Below, in pieces: positions 28,752 to 38,274 of a DNA stretch of 64,000 nucleotides. The DNA lies in NCBI GenBank assembly GCA_003482905.1, contig DMXM01000003.1, positions 5,285 through 69,284 of the forward strand, written 5' to 3'. The stretch's first letter is position 1. Each line of letters starts with the position of its first letter. This DNA comes from Elusimicrobiota bacterium (GTDB lineage: Bacteria; Elusimicrobiota; Elusimicrobia; Elusimicrobiales; UBA9959). The notes beneath the pieces were generated by a model. The model saw nothing but the letters and a program-made list of their open reading frames with translations. It had not been told where the DNA came from and ran no database searches. The translations under genes were made by a program, and so were the position numbers.

Positions 28752-31700
28752 TCAGTTTTCAAGGGTATGAGCTACTACGGCTATATCGGACAGGGGGTCG
28801 TCCACGGCGGAAATATTTATGCCGTCGCCGGATTTAGACGGCAGGAACGAGAGCCGGGGCCCGAAAGCCTGACGCCAGCCGCCTATAACCTTGGGCTCCA
28901 CAACGGCCCCTGGCAGGAACAGGACCTCAAGGTCCTCCCCCTTCTGTGTTACGGAGCGCACTAACTTTCTAGCCAGCGCTTTTTTCAGGCGGATAAGCTC
29001 CACCAGGTTCTTCAGGGGTCCGGGCGCGGGGCCCGAGATGTCCTCCAGGTCCTTCAGCAGCCCGGCCAACTCCGCTTGTTTCGCGTTAAGCAGCTTCTTA
29101 TAGAAGTTAAGCCGCTCCATATCGTCGCCCACATAATCCTCGGGGATGAAAGCCGGCACAAGCAGGTCCATTTTGGGCTCGGGCAGTTCGCGCGCGCCGG
29201 CGCGGCCTTTTATGCGGTCTATTTCCCCGTTCAAGAGCTTGATGTACATCTCAAGGCCTATCGAATTTATAAAGCCGTGCTGGCGCAGCCCCAGCAGCTC
29301 CCCCGCGCCGCGTATCTCCAGGTCGCGCATGGCCAGGCGGAAGCCGGAACCCAGTTCCGTAAATTCCTCCAGCGCCGATAGGCGCCGCACGGCGTCCTCG
29401 CTGATGGGGGCCGGCTCGTCGTTGCCCTCCGCCCTGGATTTCAAAAGCTGCGCCTTCTGTTTTAGCCGCTCCGCGCCGGTCTTCATCCAGCCGGGATAAA
29501 AAAGGTAGCAATAGGCCTTCTGTTTTTCGCGGCCTATGCGCCCGCGCAGCTGGTAAAGCTGGGCCAGGCCCATTTCGTGGGCGTTCTCCACCAGCAGGGT
29601 GTTCACACTGGGGATATCCAGGCCGGATTCTATGATGGTGGTGGCCATCAGCACGTCATACTTGCGGTTGAGGAAGTCCCACATGGCCTTTTCCACCGCG
29701 TCCGCGCGCATCTGGCCGTGTATCACGGCTATGCGCAGTTCCGGCATGAGTTTTTTCAGGTAGGCTTTGCGGCTCTCTATGGTCTGCACGCGGTTGTGCA
29801 CGTAATAAACCTGGCCGCCGCGCGCCAGTTCGTAGGTGACGGCCTCGGCCGCGCTTTTTTCCGTAAAAGGCCGCACAAAAGTAGAAATAGCCTGGCGTCC
29901 CACCGGAGCGCTTTCGATAACGGACATGGACTTAAGGGAGGACAACGACTGATAGAGCGTGCGCGGGATGGGTGTGGCGCTCATCAGCAGGCAGTGCACG
30001 CCTTTGGCGGCCGCCTTTATTTTATCCTTGTCTTTCACCCCGAAGCGGTGCTCCTCGTCAGCCACCATAAGGCCGAGAGCGGAGAACTCCACGTCCTTCT
30101 GCAACAGGCGGTGCGTGCCAACTATTATATCCACCTTGCCGCGGGCCAGGTCCGCCAGTATCTTTTTCTGCTCGGCCGGCGGAACAAAGCGGGAGATGAC
30201 GCGGATGTTCACCGGGAAGCCGGCGAAGCGCTTGGTGAAATTCCTCGCGTGCTGGTCGGCCAGGATGGTGGTGGGCACCAATATGGCCGCCTGCCGGCCG
30301 TTGGCCACGGCGCGCATGGCGGCCCGCATGGCCACCTCGGTCTTGCCGAAACCCACGTCGCCGGCCACCAGGCGGTTCATGGGCATTTCAGACTCCAGGT
30401 CGGCCAGCACCTCGGCTATGGCGCGGGCCTGGTCGGGGGTCTCGTCGAAAGGGAAGGAGGCCGCGAACTCGTCCTCCAAGTGCCCGCCGTGCGGCAGGGC
30501 GGCCGTCTTGGAAGCCGCGCGCTCGGCCTCAAGCTTTAAAATGTCCAGCGCCAGGGCCTCCACCTCTTTCTTCACCCGGCCCTTCATCTCCGTCCAGGTC
30601 TTGGTGTCCATGTGGGACAGGCGCGGCACCTTGCCCTCGGAGCTTATATATTTCTGCACGTGGGTAAAGTCGTGCAGGGGCACCATTAATTTATCTCCGC
30701 GCGCGTACTCCAGGTAGAGGCAGTCGGAATCCTCCACCCGCTCGCCGTAGGCGTTCCTGAAAAAAGCTTTTTTTATGCCGAGGTAGCGGCCCACGCCGTA
30801 ATCCTCGTGCACTATGAAGTCCCCGGTCTTAAGGTCCGTCCACTTGAAGAATTTATTCTTGGGCTTTATAGAAGCCGGGTCGAACCTGTAACGGCGCCGG
30901 AAGAGTTCCGAGGAGGTTATAACGGCGGTCTTCGAGGGCGCGTGGACAAAACCCTCCTCTATATAGCCGGTGGAGATGGAAACCAGGCCGCCGGCCCCCT
31001 CGTCGGCCAGGGACTCGGCCAGGCGCTCCGATTCGCCGCGGTTAATGCAGAAAAGCTTAACCGACAGGCCGGTCTTTTTAAGGCGTTTCAGTTCCCCGGC
31101 CAGCAGCTTGATGTCCGAATTAAAATTCAAGTTGGAGGCCGCGCCGAAATCGGTTTCCGCGCCGCCGGCGCCCAGAATGCCGAAGCTGTAAATTTCCCCG
31201 GCGCCGGTCTCCGGCGCTTCGGGCAGGGCCGCGTCCAGGAACAGCTTCCACTCCGGCCCGGCGCAGGCTGAAAGCGGCCGCCCGGTTCCGCCGAAGATAT
31301 TGGGCGGCACGTCCACGCTTTCCAGGAAATCCGAGGTGTGCTGGGTGTCTATCTCGAAATAGCGGATACTGTCCAGTTTTTTATCCGAAAAGAAAAGGCG
31401 CACCGGCTTTTCAAAGCCCGGCGCATAAAAGTCGACCACCGAGCCGCGCGCGGCGAACTGCCCCTTCTCCTCAACGAATGAGGTCCTTTCGTAACCGGCC
31501 TTTATAAAAAGGTCCAGCGAGGCCCCCCTTTCATAGGAGTGCCCCTGCCTGAAATAGAAGCGCAGCGCGGCGTAAGCCTCCCCCGCCATCAACGGCTCGG
31601 CCAGGGCCTGCGGCGAGGCCACGTGGATATAATTTTTGCCGGGTTCAGGGGAATAGAGGGCACGCATGGCCCTGGCGCGTTCGGAACTGTCGGCGCCCCA

Positions 31701-31892
31701 GAGGCATACCTCGAAAGGCGGCAGGTCTTTGATAAGGCCGGAAAGAGAATTGAAAGCGTGCTGCCAGGAGACAAGGACGTCCTCGCCGGCGGCGGCGACC
31801 AGCATATTCGACGGGGCCCTTTCACAGGCCTTCAGCGCGAACCAGGCTTTGGCGCTCAGATTGGGCGCACCCTTGATAACTTTAACGGTCAT
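28752..31892 (-). CDS. mfd: transcription-repair coupling factor
   Basis: 1046 aa. The CarD-like region FIVHEDYGVGRYLGI is present. Superfamily-2 helicase motifs are also present: GDVGFGKTEVAMRAA, ADEEHRFGV, LMSATPIPRTL and QLRGRIGR. Confidence 0.95.
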   Translation of the reverse strand: MTVKVIKGAPNLSAKAWFALKACERAPSNMLVAAAGEDVLVSWQHAFNSLSGLIKDLPPFEVCLWGADSSERARAMRALYSPEPGKNYIHVASPQALAEPLMAGEAYAALRFYFRQGHSYERGASLDLFIKAGYERTSFVEEKGQFAARGSVVDFYAPGFEKPVRLFFSDKKLDSIRYFEIDTQHTSDFLESVDVPPNIFGGTGRPLSACAGPEWKLFLDAALPEAPETGAGEIYSFGILGAGGAETDFGAASNLNFNSDIKLLAGELKRLKKTGLSVKLFCINRGESERLAESLADEGAGGLVSISTGYIEEGFVHAPSKTAVITSSELFRRRYRFDPASIKPKNKFFKWTDLKTGDFIVHEDYGVGRYLGIKKAFFRNAYGERVEDSDCLYLEYARGDKLMVPLHDFTHVQKYISSEGKVPRLSHMDTKTWTEMKGRVKKEVEALALDILKLEAERAASKTAALPHGGHLEDEFAASFPFDETPDQARAIAEVLADLESEMPMNRLVAGDVGFGKTEVAMRAAMRAVANGRQAAILVPTTILADQHARNFTKRFAGFPVNIRVISRFVPPAEQKKILADLARGKVDIIVGTHRLLQKDVEFSALGLMVADEEHRFGVKDKDKIKAAAKGVHCLLMSATPIPRTLYQSLSSLKSMSVIESAPVGRQAISTFVRPFTEKSAAEAVTYELARGGQVYYVHNRVQTIESRKAYLKKLMPELRIAVIHGQMRADAVEKAMWDFLNRKYDVLMATTIIESGLDIPSVNTLLVENAHEMGLAQLYQLRGRIGREKQKAYCYLFYPGWMKTGAERLKQKAQLLKSRAEGNDEPAPISEDAVRRLSALEEFTELGSGFRLAMRDLEIRGAGELLGLRQHGFINSIGLEMYIKLLNGEIDRIKGRAGARELPEPKMDLLVPAFIPEDYVGDDMERLNFYKKLLNAKQAELAGLLKDLEDISGPAPGPLKNLVELIRLKKALARKLVRSVTQKGEDLEVLFLPGAVVEPKVIGGWRQAFGPRLSFLPSKSGDGINISAVDDPLSDIAVVAHTLEN

Positions 31893-31904
31893 GCAATACA
31901 GTAA

Positions 31905-31913
31905 TGATATAAT
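31905..31913 (+). promoter_or_regulatory. extended -10 (TGaTATAAT) 14 nt upstream of the alr ATG
   Basis: The sequence is cagtaaTGaTATAATtttctcaacgaactATG. No Shine-Dalgarno is visible. Confidence 0.4.
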
Positions 31914-31927
31914 TTTCTCAACGAACT

Positions 31928-33001
31928 ATGCTTAAGTGGGTTGAAATAGATTTAAAGTCGATGGCCGGCAACGTGAGGGCCATAAAAAAGGCCCTCTCCC
32001 CTGGCGTGCTGTTCATGGCCGCCGTGAAAGCGGATGGTTACGGCCATGGCGCCGCCGCGGCGGCTAAAACGGCGCTTGCCAACGGCGCCGACTCCGTCGG
32101 TGTGCTTACCGCCGACGAAGGCGCGGCGCTCAGGAGCGCCCTGCCGAAAACCCCTATCCATTTGCTCGCCCCCTCCCTGCCTGAAGAAGCGCCGCTTATA
32201 GTGAAGACCGGCCTTGTGCCGACAGCCGACTCTCTGGCCTTTATAAAAGCGCTGGACCGCGCGGCAAAGAAGAAGATCTCCTACCACCTAGACATAGACC
32301 TGGGCCTTGGCCGCTGGGGGGTGCAGCCGGCGGCCGCGGCGGCCATATTGAAAGATGCCGTAAAATTTAAGAAAGCGGTCCCTTACGGTCTGTCCGCGCA
32401 CCTGGCCTACAGGCCCGCCCAGAACATGACGGAGACCGAGGAAAGACTTTCGACTTTCAGCGCGCTGGCGCAGGAACTGCGCGCGTTGGCGCCCGGCCTG
32501 AAGGCGCACGCGGCCAACAGCTCCATCCTAAGCGATTTTCCGCACTGGCAGCTGGATATGGTGCGCGTGGGGAACCTGATGTACGGGATCTACCCCACCG
32601 ACATTTATAAGAAAAAAAAGCAGGGCCCGCCCCTGCCCGGCCTGGGCCGGCCATGGCAGTTCTATGCCAGGATAATTTCAGTAAAGAATGTGAAGAAAGG
32701 TGAATCGCTGGGCTATGCCGGCGAATTTACGGCCCAACGCGCCATGCGCCTGGCCACCATACCAGCCGGCTATTCCGACGGGCTCACCATGGAACCTACG
32801 GAAAACCACATCCGCATAACTTCCGGCTTTCAGTATTGGGGCGTAATAAACGGCAAGAGGGCCTGGTTCACCGGCAAAACTGGCATAGCGCACACCATGC
32901 TGGACGTCACCGATATCCCAGAGGCCGTCATCGGCACCCCTGTAGCCCTGCACGTGCGCCGCACCGCCGCCAACGCCAGGATCCCGCGCATCTACAAATA
33001 G
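31928..33001 (+). CDS. alr: alanine racemase
   Basis: PLP-lysine motif AAVKADGYGHGA and a C-terminal beta domain with GYSDG. Confidence 0.9.
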   Translation: MLKWVEIDLKSMAGNVRAIKKALSPGVLFMAAVKADGYGHGAAAAAKTALANGADSVGVLTADEGAALRSALPKTPIHLLAPSLPEEAPLIVKTGLVPTADSLAFIKALDRAAKKKISYHLDIDLGLGRWGVQPAAAAAILKDAVKFKKAVPYGLSAHLAYRPAQNMTETEERLSTFSALAQELRALAPGLKAHAANSSILSDFPHWQLDMVRVGNLMYGIYPTDIYKKKKQGPPLPGLGRPWQFYARIISVKNVKKGESLGYAGEFTAQRAMRLATIPAGYSDGLTMEPTENHIRITSGFQYWGVINGKRAWFTGKTGIAHTMLDVTDIPEAVIGTPVALHVRRTAANARIPRIYK

Positions 33002-33002
33002 T

Positions 33003-33092
33003 TTGGGGACGCTGCTTACTTTCTTACTTATTGAGATGTGAGACAGGTTGTTTTACGCTTGGAATAAGTAAGAAAGTAAGCAGCGTCCCCAA
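33003..33092. repeat. perfect 28-bp (30 bp with flanks) inverted repeat with a 30-nt loop between convergent alr and the PBP gene
   Basis: GGGGACGCTGCTTACTTTCTTACTTATT (33005-33032) is the exact reverse complement of 33063-33090. The arms are AT-rich relative to the flanks. Confidence 0.9.
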
Positions 33093-33098
33093 TCCCTA

Positions 33099-35228
33099 TC
33101 AATGCTGCACGTCGCAGAATTCTTTGGGCTCGGTGCCTTTTATGAAGGCCTCGAGGATCTTTTTCTTGCAGGTGGGCAGCGCCAGTTTTCCGGTCTCCTG
33201 GTCCACCGTCACGAACACTATGCCGTCCGGCACCGGGAAGTCGCGCACGGGCTGGTCTTTGAGTACTGTCTCCATTATCTCCGTCCACCAGGGCACCACG
33301 GTGCCGCCGCCGGTCCAGTCCTTCATCGGCAGCGATATAAAATCATCATAGCCCATCCAGGCGGAGGCCGTCAGGTCCGGCGTCATGCCTATAAACCACA
33401 TATCCTTGGAATCCTGGCTGGTGCCTGTTTTGCCGGCCACCGGGCGCTTCAGGCGCGAGGCGTAGGAGCCGGTACCGCGTTGCACCACGCCCTTCATCAT
33501 GTTCACCAGCACGTAGGAAAGTTGCGGCGAGAAGCTTTCGCTTTCTTCGGGCACCGCCTCCTCCAGCACGCGCCCCTGGTTGTCGGTGACCTTCAGCACG
33601 CCGAAAGGCGCCACATGGATGCCGCCGTTGGCGAAAGTGGAGAAGGAACTGGCCATTTCCATCTGCGTCACCAGGGAGGTGCCGAGCCCTATCGAGGGCA
33701 CGGCCTCCAGATTGCGCTTTATGCCGGCCCGGTGCCCCACGTCGGCCACCAGGGTGGGCCCCACCCTTGTGACCAGGTAGATGGACGCCAGGTTGCGCGA
33801 AAGCTCCAGTCCCCGGCGCAGGGTTATGCGGCCCTGCGTTTTCCCGTCGAAGTCGCTGGGCACCCAGATCTTGAAATCCTTGTTGCCGATAAAAGGCTGT
33901 ATGGCCAGGTCTATGGCGTACTGGTCCGTAGCGCCCTCCAGCAGGCGCCAGTCCTTGCCGTCGTAATAATAGGCCATCGGCGAATCTTCGACGATGGTGG
34001 CCGGGGTATAGCCGTTCATCAGCGCCGCCATCCACACCATGGGTTTAAAGGTGGACCCCGCCTGTCGCGCGGCCTGGGTGGCGCGGTTGAATTTGCTGTC
34101 GCGGTAATTGCGGCCGCCTATCATGGCCTTTATGGCGCCGGTCCTGTTGTCCAGTATGACAAAAGCGCCCTGCAGGCTGACGGGGGCTTTCGCCGCGTCT
34201 TCGGCCTTCCCCTCCTCCGCCGGCTCGCGGCTTTTGGCGGCGTCGGCGTCGTACTTGGCCAGGTTCTTCTCCATGATATCTTCCGCCGGCACCTGCATGG
34301 CCAGGTCCAGCGTGGTATAGATCCTCATGCCGCCTTTCCAGAGCTGGTCCACCCCGTAGCGGGGCTCAAGCTGCTGGCGCACGTACTCCACGAAATAAGC
34401 CGCGTGGCTGGCGAACAGCGTGGACTTCTCGGTGGGGATGGGCTCCAGGGCGGCGGCCTCGGCCTCTTTCTCACCTATAAAACGTTCGTCTTTCATCCGC
34501 TGCAGCACCAGGCGGCGGCGCTGCCTGGCCTTCTCCGCGTTATTGAAAGGGGAGAAGCGTTCCGGCGAGGGGATCAGGCCGGTAAGCAGGGCGCATTCGC
34601 CCAGCGTCATCTCGGAAACGTCCTTGCCGAAATAAAGCTTGGAGGCGGACTGCACGCCGTAAACCCCGTTGCCCAGATAGATCTGGTTGAGGTACAGCGC
34701 CAGGATCTCCTGTTTGGAGAAATTCCGCTCTATCTGCAGGGCCAGGATCATTTCCTTCAGCTTCCGGGTGATGGTTTTCTCGGGCTTGAGGAAGATAAGC
34801 TTGGACAACTGCTGCGTCAGCGTGGAACCGCCCTGCGCGCTGCGCCTGTGCAGGATGTCGCGCAGCAGGGCGCGCATGATGCCGCGCGGGGAAATGCCCC
34901 AGTGGCGGAAGAAGTTCTGGTCTTCCATGGCTATCACGGCGTTCTGCATGTCCACCGGGATCTTGGAGAGCGGCAGGATAGCGCGCTTTTCCACCGAGAA
35001 CTCCGCGATCACCTGATTATTGACGTCGTACACGTAGGTGGCAAGGGACGGCGTGTACTCGTCCAGCTTGTCGATGGAAGGGATGTCGGAGAGCACCTTG
35101 CGCATCATAAGCGAGGCGGCCAGGATGAGGACGGCCGAAACCGCGCCTATGAGGTACACGGCCTTCAATACCAGTTCGCGGGCCGAAAGCCCGTCAATAT
35201 GGTCCAGGAAACTGCGGACGAAATTCAT
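33099..35228 (-). CDS. class A penicillin-binding protein (PBP1A family; glycosyltransferase plus transpeptidase)
   Basis: GT51 motifs AMEDQNFFRHWGISPRG and GGSTLTQQL. Transpeptidase motifs STFKP, SRN and KTGTS. N-terminal TM anchor. Confidence 0.95.
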   Translation of the reverse strand: MNFVRSFLDHIDGLSARELVLKAVYLIGAVSAVLILAASLMMRKVLSDIPSIDKLDEYTPSLATYVYDVNNQVIAEFSVEKRAILPLSKIPVDMQNAVIAMEDQNFFRHWGISPRGIMRALLRDILHRRSAQGGSTLTQQLSKLIFLKPEKTITRKLKEMILALQIERNFSKQEILALYLNQIYLGNGVYGVQSASKLYFGKDVSEMTLGECALLTGLIPSPERFSPFNNAEKARQRRRLVLQRMKDERFIGEKEAEAAALEPIPTEKSTLFASHAAYFVEYVRQQLEPRYGVDQLWKGGMRIYTTLDLAMQVPAEDIMEKNLAKYDADAAKSREPAEEGKAEDAAKAPVSLQGAFVILDNRTGAIKAMIGGRNYRDSKFNRATQAARQAGSTFKPMVWMAALMNGYTPATIVEDSPMAYYYDGKDWRLLEGATDQYAIDLAIQPFIGNKDFKIWVPSDFDGKTQGRITLRRGLELSRNLASIYLVTRVGPTLVADVGHRAGIKRNLEAVPSIGLGTSLVTQMEMASSFSTFANGGIHVAPFGVLKVTDNQGRVLEEAVPEESESFSPQLSYVLVNMMKGVVQRGTGSYASRLKRPVAGKTGTSQDSKDMWFIGMTPDLTASAWMGYDDFISLPMKDWTGGGTVVPWWTEIMETVLKDQPVRDFPVPDGIVFVTVDQETGKLALPTCKKKILEAFIKGTEPKEFCDVQH

Positions 35229-35312
35229 TAGTAATGATTATATAACAAGGCCGACCCGCGCCGCGAGGCCCGGTCTTTTCCCTCTTCGATAAAAATGATA
35301 CATTTAGACCAT

Positions 35313-36116
35313 ATGAAAAGACTTTTACCTCTTGTCTGCGCCGCCCTGCTGGCCCCCGCCTGCTCCAACAAGGACGGGAAAGTAGTGGCGCGCGTGGGTT
35401 CCGAAAAAATAACGGAGAGCTACCTGCAGGAAAAATTCATGGAGATCAGCCCGGCGGCCCAGGCCTACCTGGCCACCAAGCCCGGCCGCAGGCAGTTCCT
35501 GGACGTGCTCATCCACGAGCGCCTGATGCTGCTGGCCGCCAAAAAAAGCCGGGTGGCGGCGGGCAAGGACTACAAGGACCGGATGAAGCAGAAAGAAGCC
35601 GAGCTGCGCCAGAACCTCGGTGAATACAAGGATTTCATGCTCACAAAGATGTGGGTGGAAGATATGCGCGCGGGCGAACTGAACGTGACCGACGCCGAAG
35701 TAGAGGAGTACTACCAGAAATATCCGTATAAGGTCACGCTGGCCCACATCCTGCTGCCCAGCTACGAAGAGGCCGAAAAAGTCGTCGCGAAGATCAAGGC
35801 CGGGGCCGATTTCGAGCGTACCGCCAAAGAATATTCCCTGGACAAGGAAGCCGTGCGCCTGCCGCCGGTGATGTACGGGGAATTCATGCAGGAGCTGGAG
35901 GATATGGCCTTCAAGATGCGCGTCGGGGAGACGCAGGGCATCGTAAAGACCCCCATGGGTTTCCACATAATAAAAAAGCTGGCCCAGGACAGGGCCGAAA
36001 GGGTACCCTCGCTGGAAAGGGTGCGCAAGATCCTTGAAAAAAAGAAATTCGACGGTTACCTGGCGAAGTTCCAGGAGAAAGCCAAAGTGGAGGTACTCGA
36101 TGAAAACTACAAATAA
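35313..36116 (+). CDS. PpiC-type peptidyl-prolyl isomerase lipoprotein (PrsA/SurA-like)
   Basis: The ATG at 35313 gives MKRLLPLVCAALLAPAC (lipobox). Parvulin motifs LAHILL...AKEYS...GFHIIK. Confidence 0.8.
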   Translation: MKRLLPLVCAALLAPACSNKDGKVVARVGSEKITESYLQEKFMEISPAAQAYLATKPGRRQFLDVLIHERLMLLAAKKSRVAAGKDYKDRMKQKEAELRQNLGEYKDFMLTKMWVEDMRAGELNVTDAEVEEYYQKYPYKVTLAHILLPSYEEAEKVVAKIKAGADFERTAKEYSLDKEAVRLPPVMYGEFMQELEDMAFKMRVGETQGIVKTPMGFHIIKKLAQDRAERVPSLERVRKILEKKKFDGYLAKFQEKAKVEVLDENYK

Positions 36117-37200
36117 ACTCGCTCTCGCCGCCGCCCTGTGCGCCTGCGCGCTGACGGCCCAGGCCAAAGTGGTGGAGGAACTGGCCGCCAGCGTCAATAA
36201 CGAGCCGGTCACCATTTCGGACTACAACCGGGCCAAAGAGGCCCTGGCCGAGCAGTACGCCGCGGCCATGCCCGACTTCTTCAAGCAGCCTAACGCCGGC
36301 GAACAGCTGGCCAAGGCCGCCCTGGACAAGCTTGTGGACGAGGCCCTGCTCCGCCAGAAAGCGGAGCTGATGAAGATAAAGGTTTACGAACGCGAACTGG
36401 AGAACGGCGTGGCCGAGATCCGCAAGCGCTTCTCCCGCGCGCCCGGCGGGGAGGCCCTGTCCACCGAAAAAGCCGAGGCGGCCTTCCGCGACGAGCTTAA
36501 GAAGGAAGGCGTGACCATGGAGGAGTTCCGGGAGCGCATCCGGCGCCAGCTGATGGTGCAGAAACTGGTGCAGGACACCGTAAGGACCCGCGCCAAAATG
36601 CCCGGCGACGCCGAGACCAAAGCCTATTTCGACAACATCAACCGGGTACTCGGCGGCCGGGAGGCCGACATAAAAGGCCTGGACGAGGAAGCCATGCAGG
36701 ACCTGCTGGCCGTGGCCGGCCGCTTCAAGGAGCTTACCTCCGAGCGCCTGCGCCTGCGCCATGTGCTTATAAAGCTGAAGGAAGGCGCCGCCCCGGAAGA
36801 GAAAAAAGCCGCCCAGGCCAAAGCCGTGGCGCTGCGCAAAAGCCTCGACGGCGGCCTGGACTTTGACGAGGCCGTGGAAAAGAATTCCGACGACAAAGAA
36901 AGCGCCGGCCGCGCCGGCGACCTCGGCTACGTGGTAAAAGGCATGCTTCCGGCTGAAGTGGAAGCCGCAGCCTTCAAGATGCAGGTGGGCGAGAACTCCC
37001 AGCCGGTGGAAAGCAAGTTCGGCTGGCATATACTGCGCCTGGAAGAAAAACGCGCCGCCCAGAAACTCCGCTACGAGGCCGTAAAGGAAGACCTGGAGCA
37101 GGTGCTCTCCCAGAACGCCTTCGCCACCGAGCTCGGCTCTTATATAAAAGAACTCCGCAAGGACGCGAAGATCCAGATATTTATCGCCGACAAGAAATAG
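36100..37200 (+). CDS. SurA-like periplasmic chaperone/PpiC-type isomerase
   Basis: The internal ATG at 36100 gives the signal peptide MKTTNKLALAAALCACALTAQA. Parvulin domain LRHVLIKL...GDLGYV...FGWHILRL. It lies upstream of pdxA, as in the E. coli surA-pdxA arrangement. Confidence 0.8.
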   Translation: MKTTNKLALAAALCACALTAQAKVVEELAASVNNEPVTISDYNRAKEALAEQYAAAMPDFFKQPNAGEQLAKAALDKLVDEALLRQKAELMKIKVYERELENGVAEIRKRFSRAPGGEALSTEKAEAAFRDELKKEGVTMEEFRERIRRQLMVQKLVQDTVRTRAKMPGDAETKAYFDNINRVLGGREADIKGLDEEAMQDLLAVAGRFKELTSERLRLRHVLIKLKEGAAPEEKKAAQAKAVALRKSLDGGLDFDEAVEKNSDDKESAGRAGDLGYVVKGMLPAEVEAAAFKMQVGENSQPVESKFGWHILRLEEKRAAQKLRYEAVKEDLEQVLSQNAFATELGSYIKELRKDAKIQIFIADKK

Positions 37201-37213
37201 CGGACGGCGGCTG

Positions 37214-37274
37214 AAGCCACGGAACGGTCTGAAGGCAGGAATTTAAAAAATACCCCTTCAACTTTCCGTGGCTT
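37214..37274 (+). terminator. long-loop hairpin followed by a T-rich tract between the surA-like gene and pdxA (possible terminator or attenuator)
   Basis: AAGCCACGGAA (37214-37224) pairs with TTCCGTGGCTT (37264-37274), followed by ttctttgctttc. The loop is 39 nt. Confidence 0.3.
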
Positions 37275-37306
37275 TTCTTTGCTTTCGCGGGAACGGTTCC
37301 ACTTAT

Positions 37307-38272
37307 ATGAAGCCCCAAATACTGATAACGGCCGGAGACCCGCTGGGCGTAGGCCCGGAGATAACGGTAAAGGCGCTCAGGAGCGCGGCCGTGCGGAGGG
37401 CCTGCCGGCCTTTCGTAGCAGGGGACACGGCGGCCATGAAGCGGGCCGGCTGGACGCCGGCGCTTTGCCCGCTGCTCCCGGTGGACGCCCCGCGGCTGGA
37501 TTTCACCAGGCCCGGGCCGACCCGCGCCGGAGGCAGGGCCTCCCTTGAGGCGGTATTGCTGGCGGCCGGACTGGTCAGGGCGGGTTTTTTCTCGGCCCTG
37601 GTGACCGCCCCCGTCTCAAAGGAGGCCTGGAAAATGGCCGGGGCCCCGGCCCCGGCGCATACGGACCTGTTCAGGCTCATAGAGAAGAAAGAGCCGCTGA
37701 TGCTTTTCTCGCGCGGCAGGATAAACGCGGCCCTGGTAACGGAACACCTGCCGGTAAAAGCCCTCAGCGGGAAGATAACGCTGGCGCTGGTAAAACAAAA
37801 AGCCGCCCTTTTCCGGGCGGCCCTGGAAGCGCTGGGGCTGCGGCGGCCGGCCATAACGCTTTGCGCGCTCAATCCCCACGCCGGCGACGGCGGGGTTATA
37901 GGCCTGGAGGAAATAGAAGTTCTCCGCCCGGCCGCCGCGGGCCTCAGGGCGGGCGGCATGAGGATAAGCGGCCCCCTGCCGACCGACGCCGCCTGGGCGG
38001 AGCACCTGGCGGGGAAAAGCGACGGCCTGCTGGCCCTCTACCACGACCAGGCCCTGGCCCCTCTTAAGGTCGCCCCCGGCGCGGACAGCGCCGTGCATTG
38101 GACCTGGGGCCTTTCTTTCGCGCGGACCTCCCCGGCCCACGGCACGGCTTTCGACAGGGCCTGGCGCGCGGGGGCGGACGCCGCCGGCATGAAAGCGGCC
38201 ATTCTTTTCGCCGCGCACCTGGCGAAAAACAAAAGGCCAGCGCGGGGACCTGCCGCACGTTATTTTGGGTAA
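37307..38272 (+). CDS. pdxA: 4-hydroxythreonine-4-phosphate dehydrogenase
   Basis: MKPQILITAGDPLGVGPEI..., NPHAGDGG and ALYHDQALAPLK are PdxA hallmarks. Confidence 0.9.
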   Translation: MKPQILITAGDPLGVGPEITVKALRSAAVRRACRPFVAGDTAAMKRAGWTPALCPLLPVDAPRLDFTRPGPTRAGGRASLEAVLLAAGLVRAGFFSALVTAPVSKEAWKMAGAPAPAHTDLFRLIEKKEPLMLFSRGRINAALVTEHLPVKALSGKITLALVKQKAALFRAALEALGLRRPAITLCALNPHAGDGGVIGLEEIEVLRPAAAGLRAGGMRISGPLPTDAAWAEHLAGKSDGLLALYHDQALAPLKVAPGADSAVHWTWGLSFARTSPAHGTAFDRAWRAGADAAGMKAAILFAAHLAKNKRPARGPAARYFG

Positions 38273-38274
38273 AT

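Noticed and set aside
33102-35231. A 709-aa plus-strand ORF that exactly mirrors the PBP1A gene.
   Set aside because: The minus-strand product has every PBP1A catalytic motif. The plus-strand product is G/R/H/A/L-rich low-complexity sequence with no motifs. This is a classic antisense open frame in high-GC DNA.
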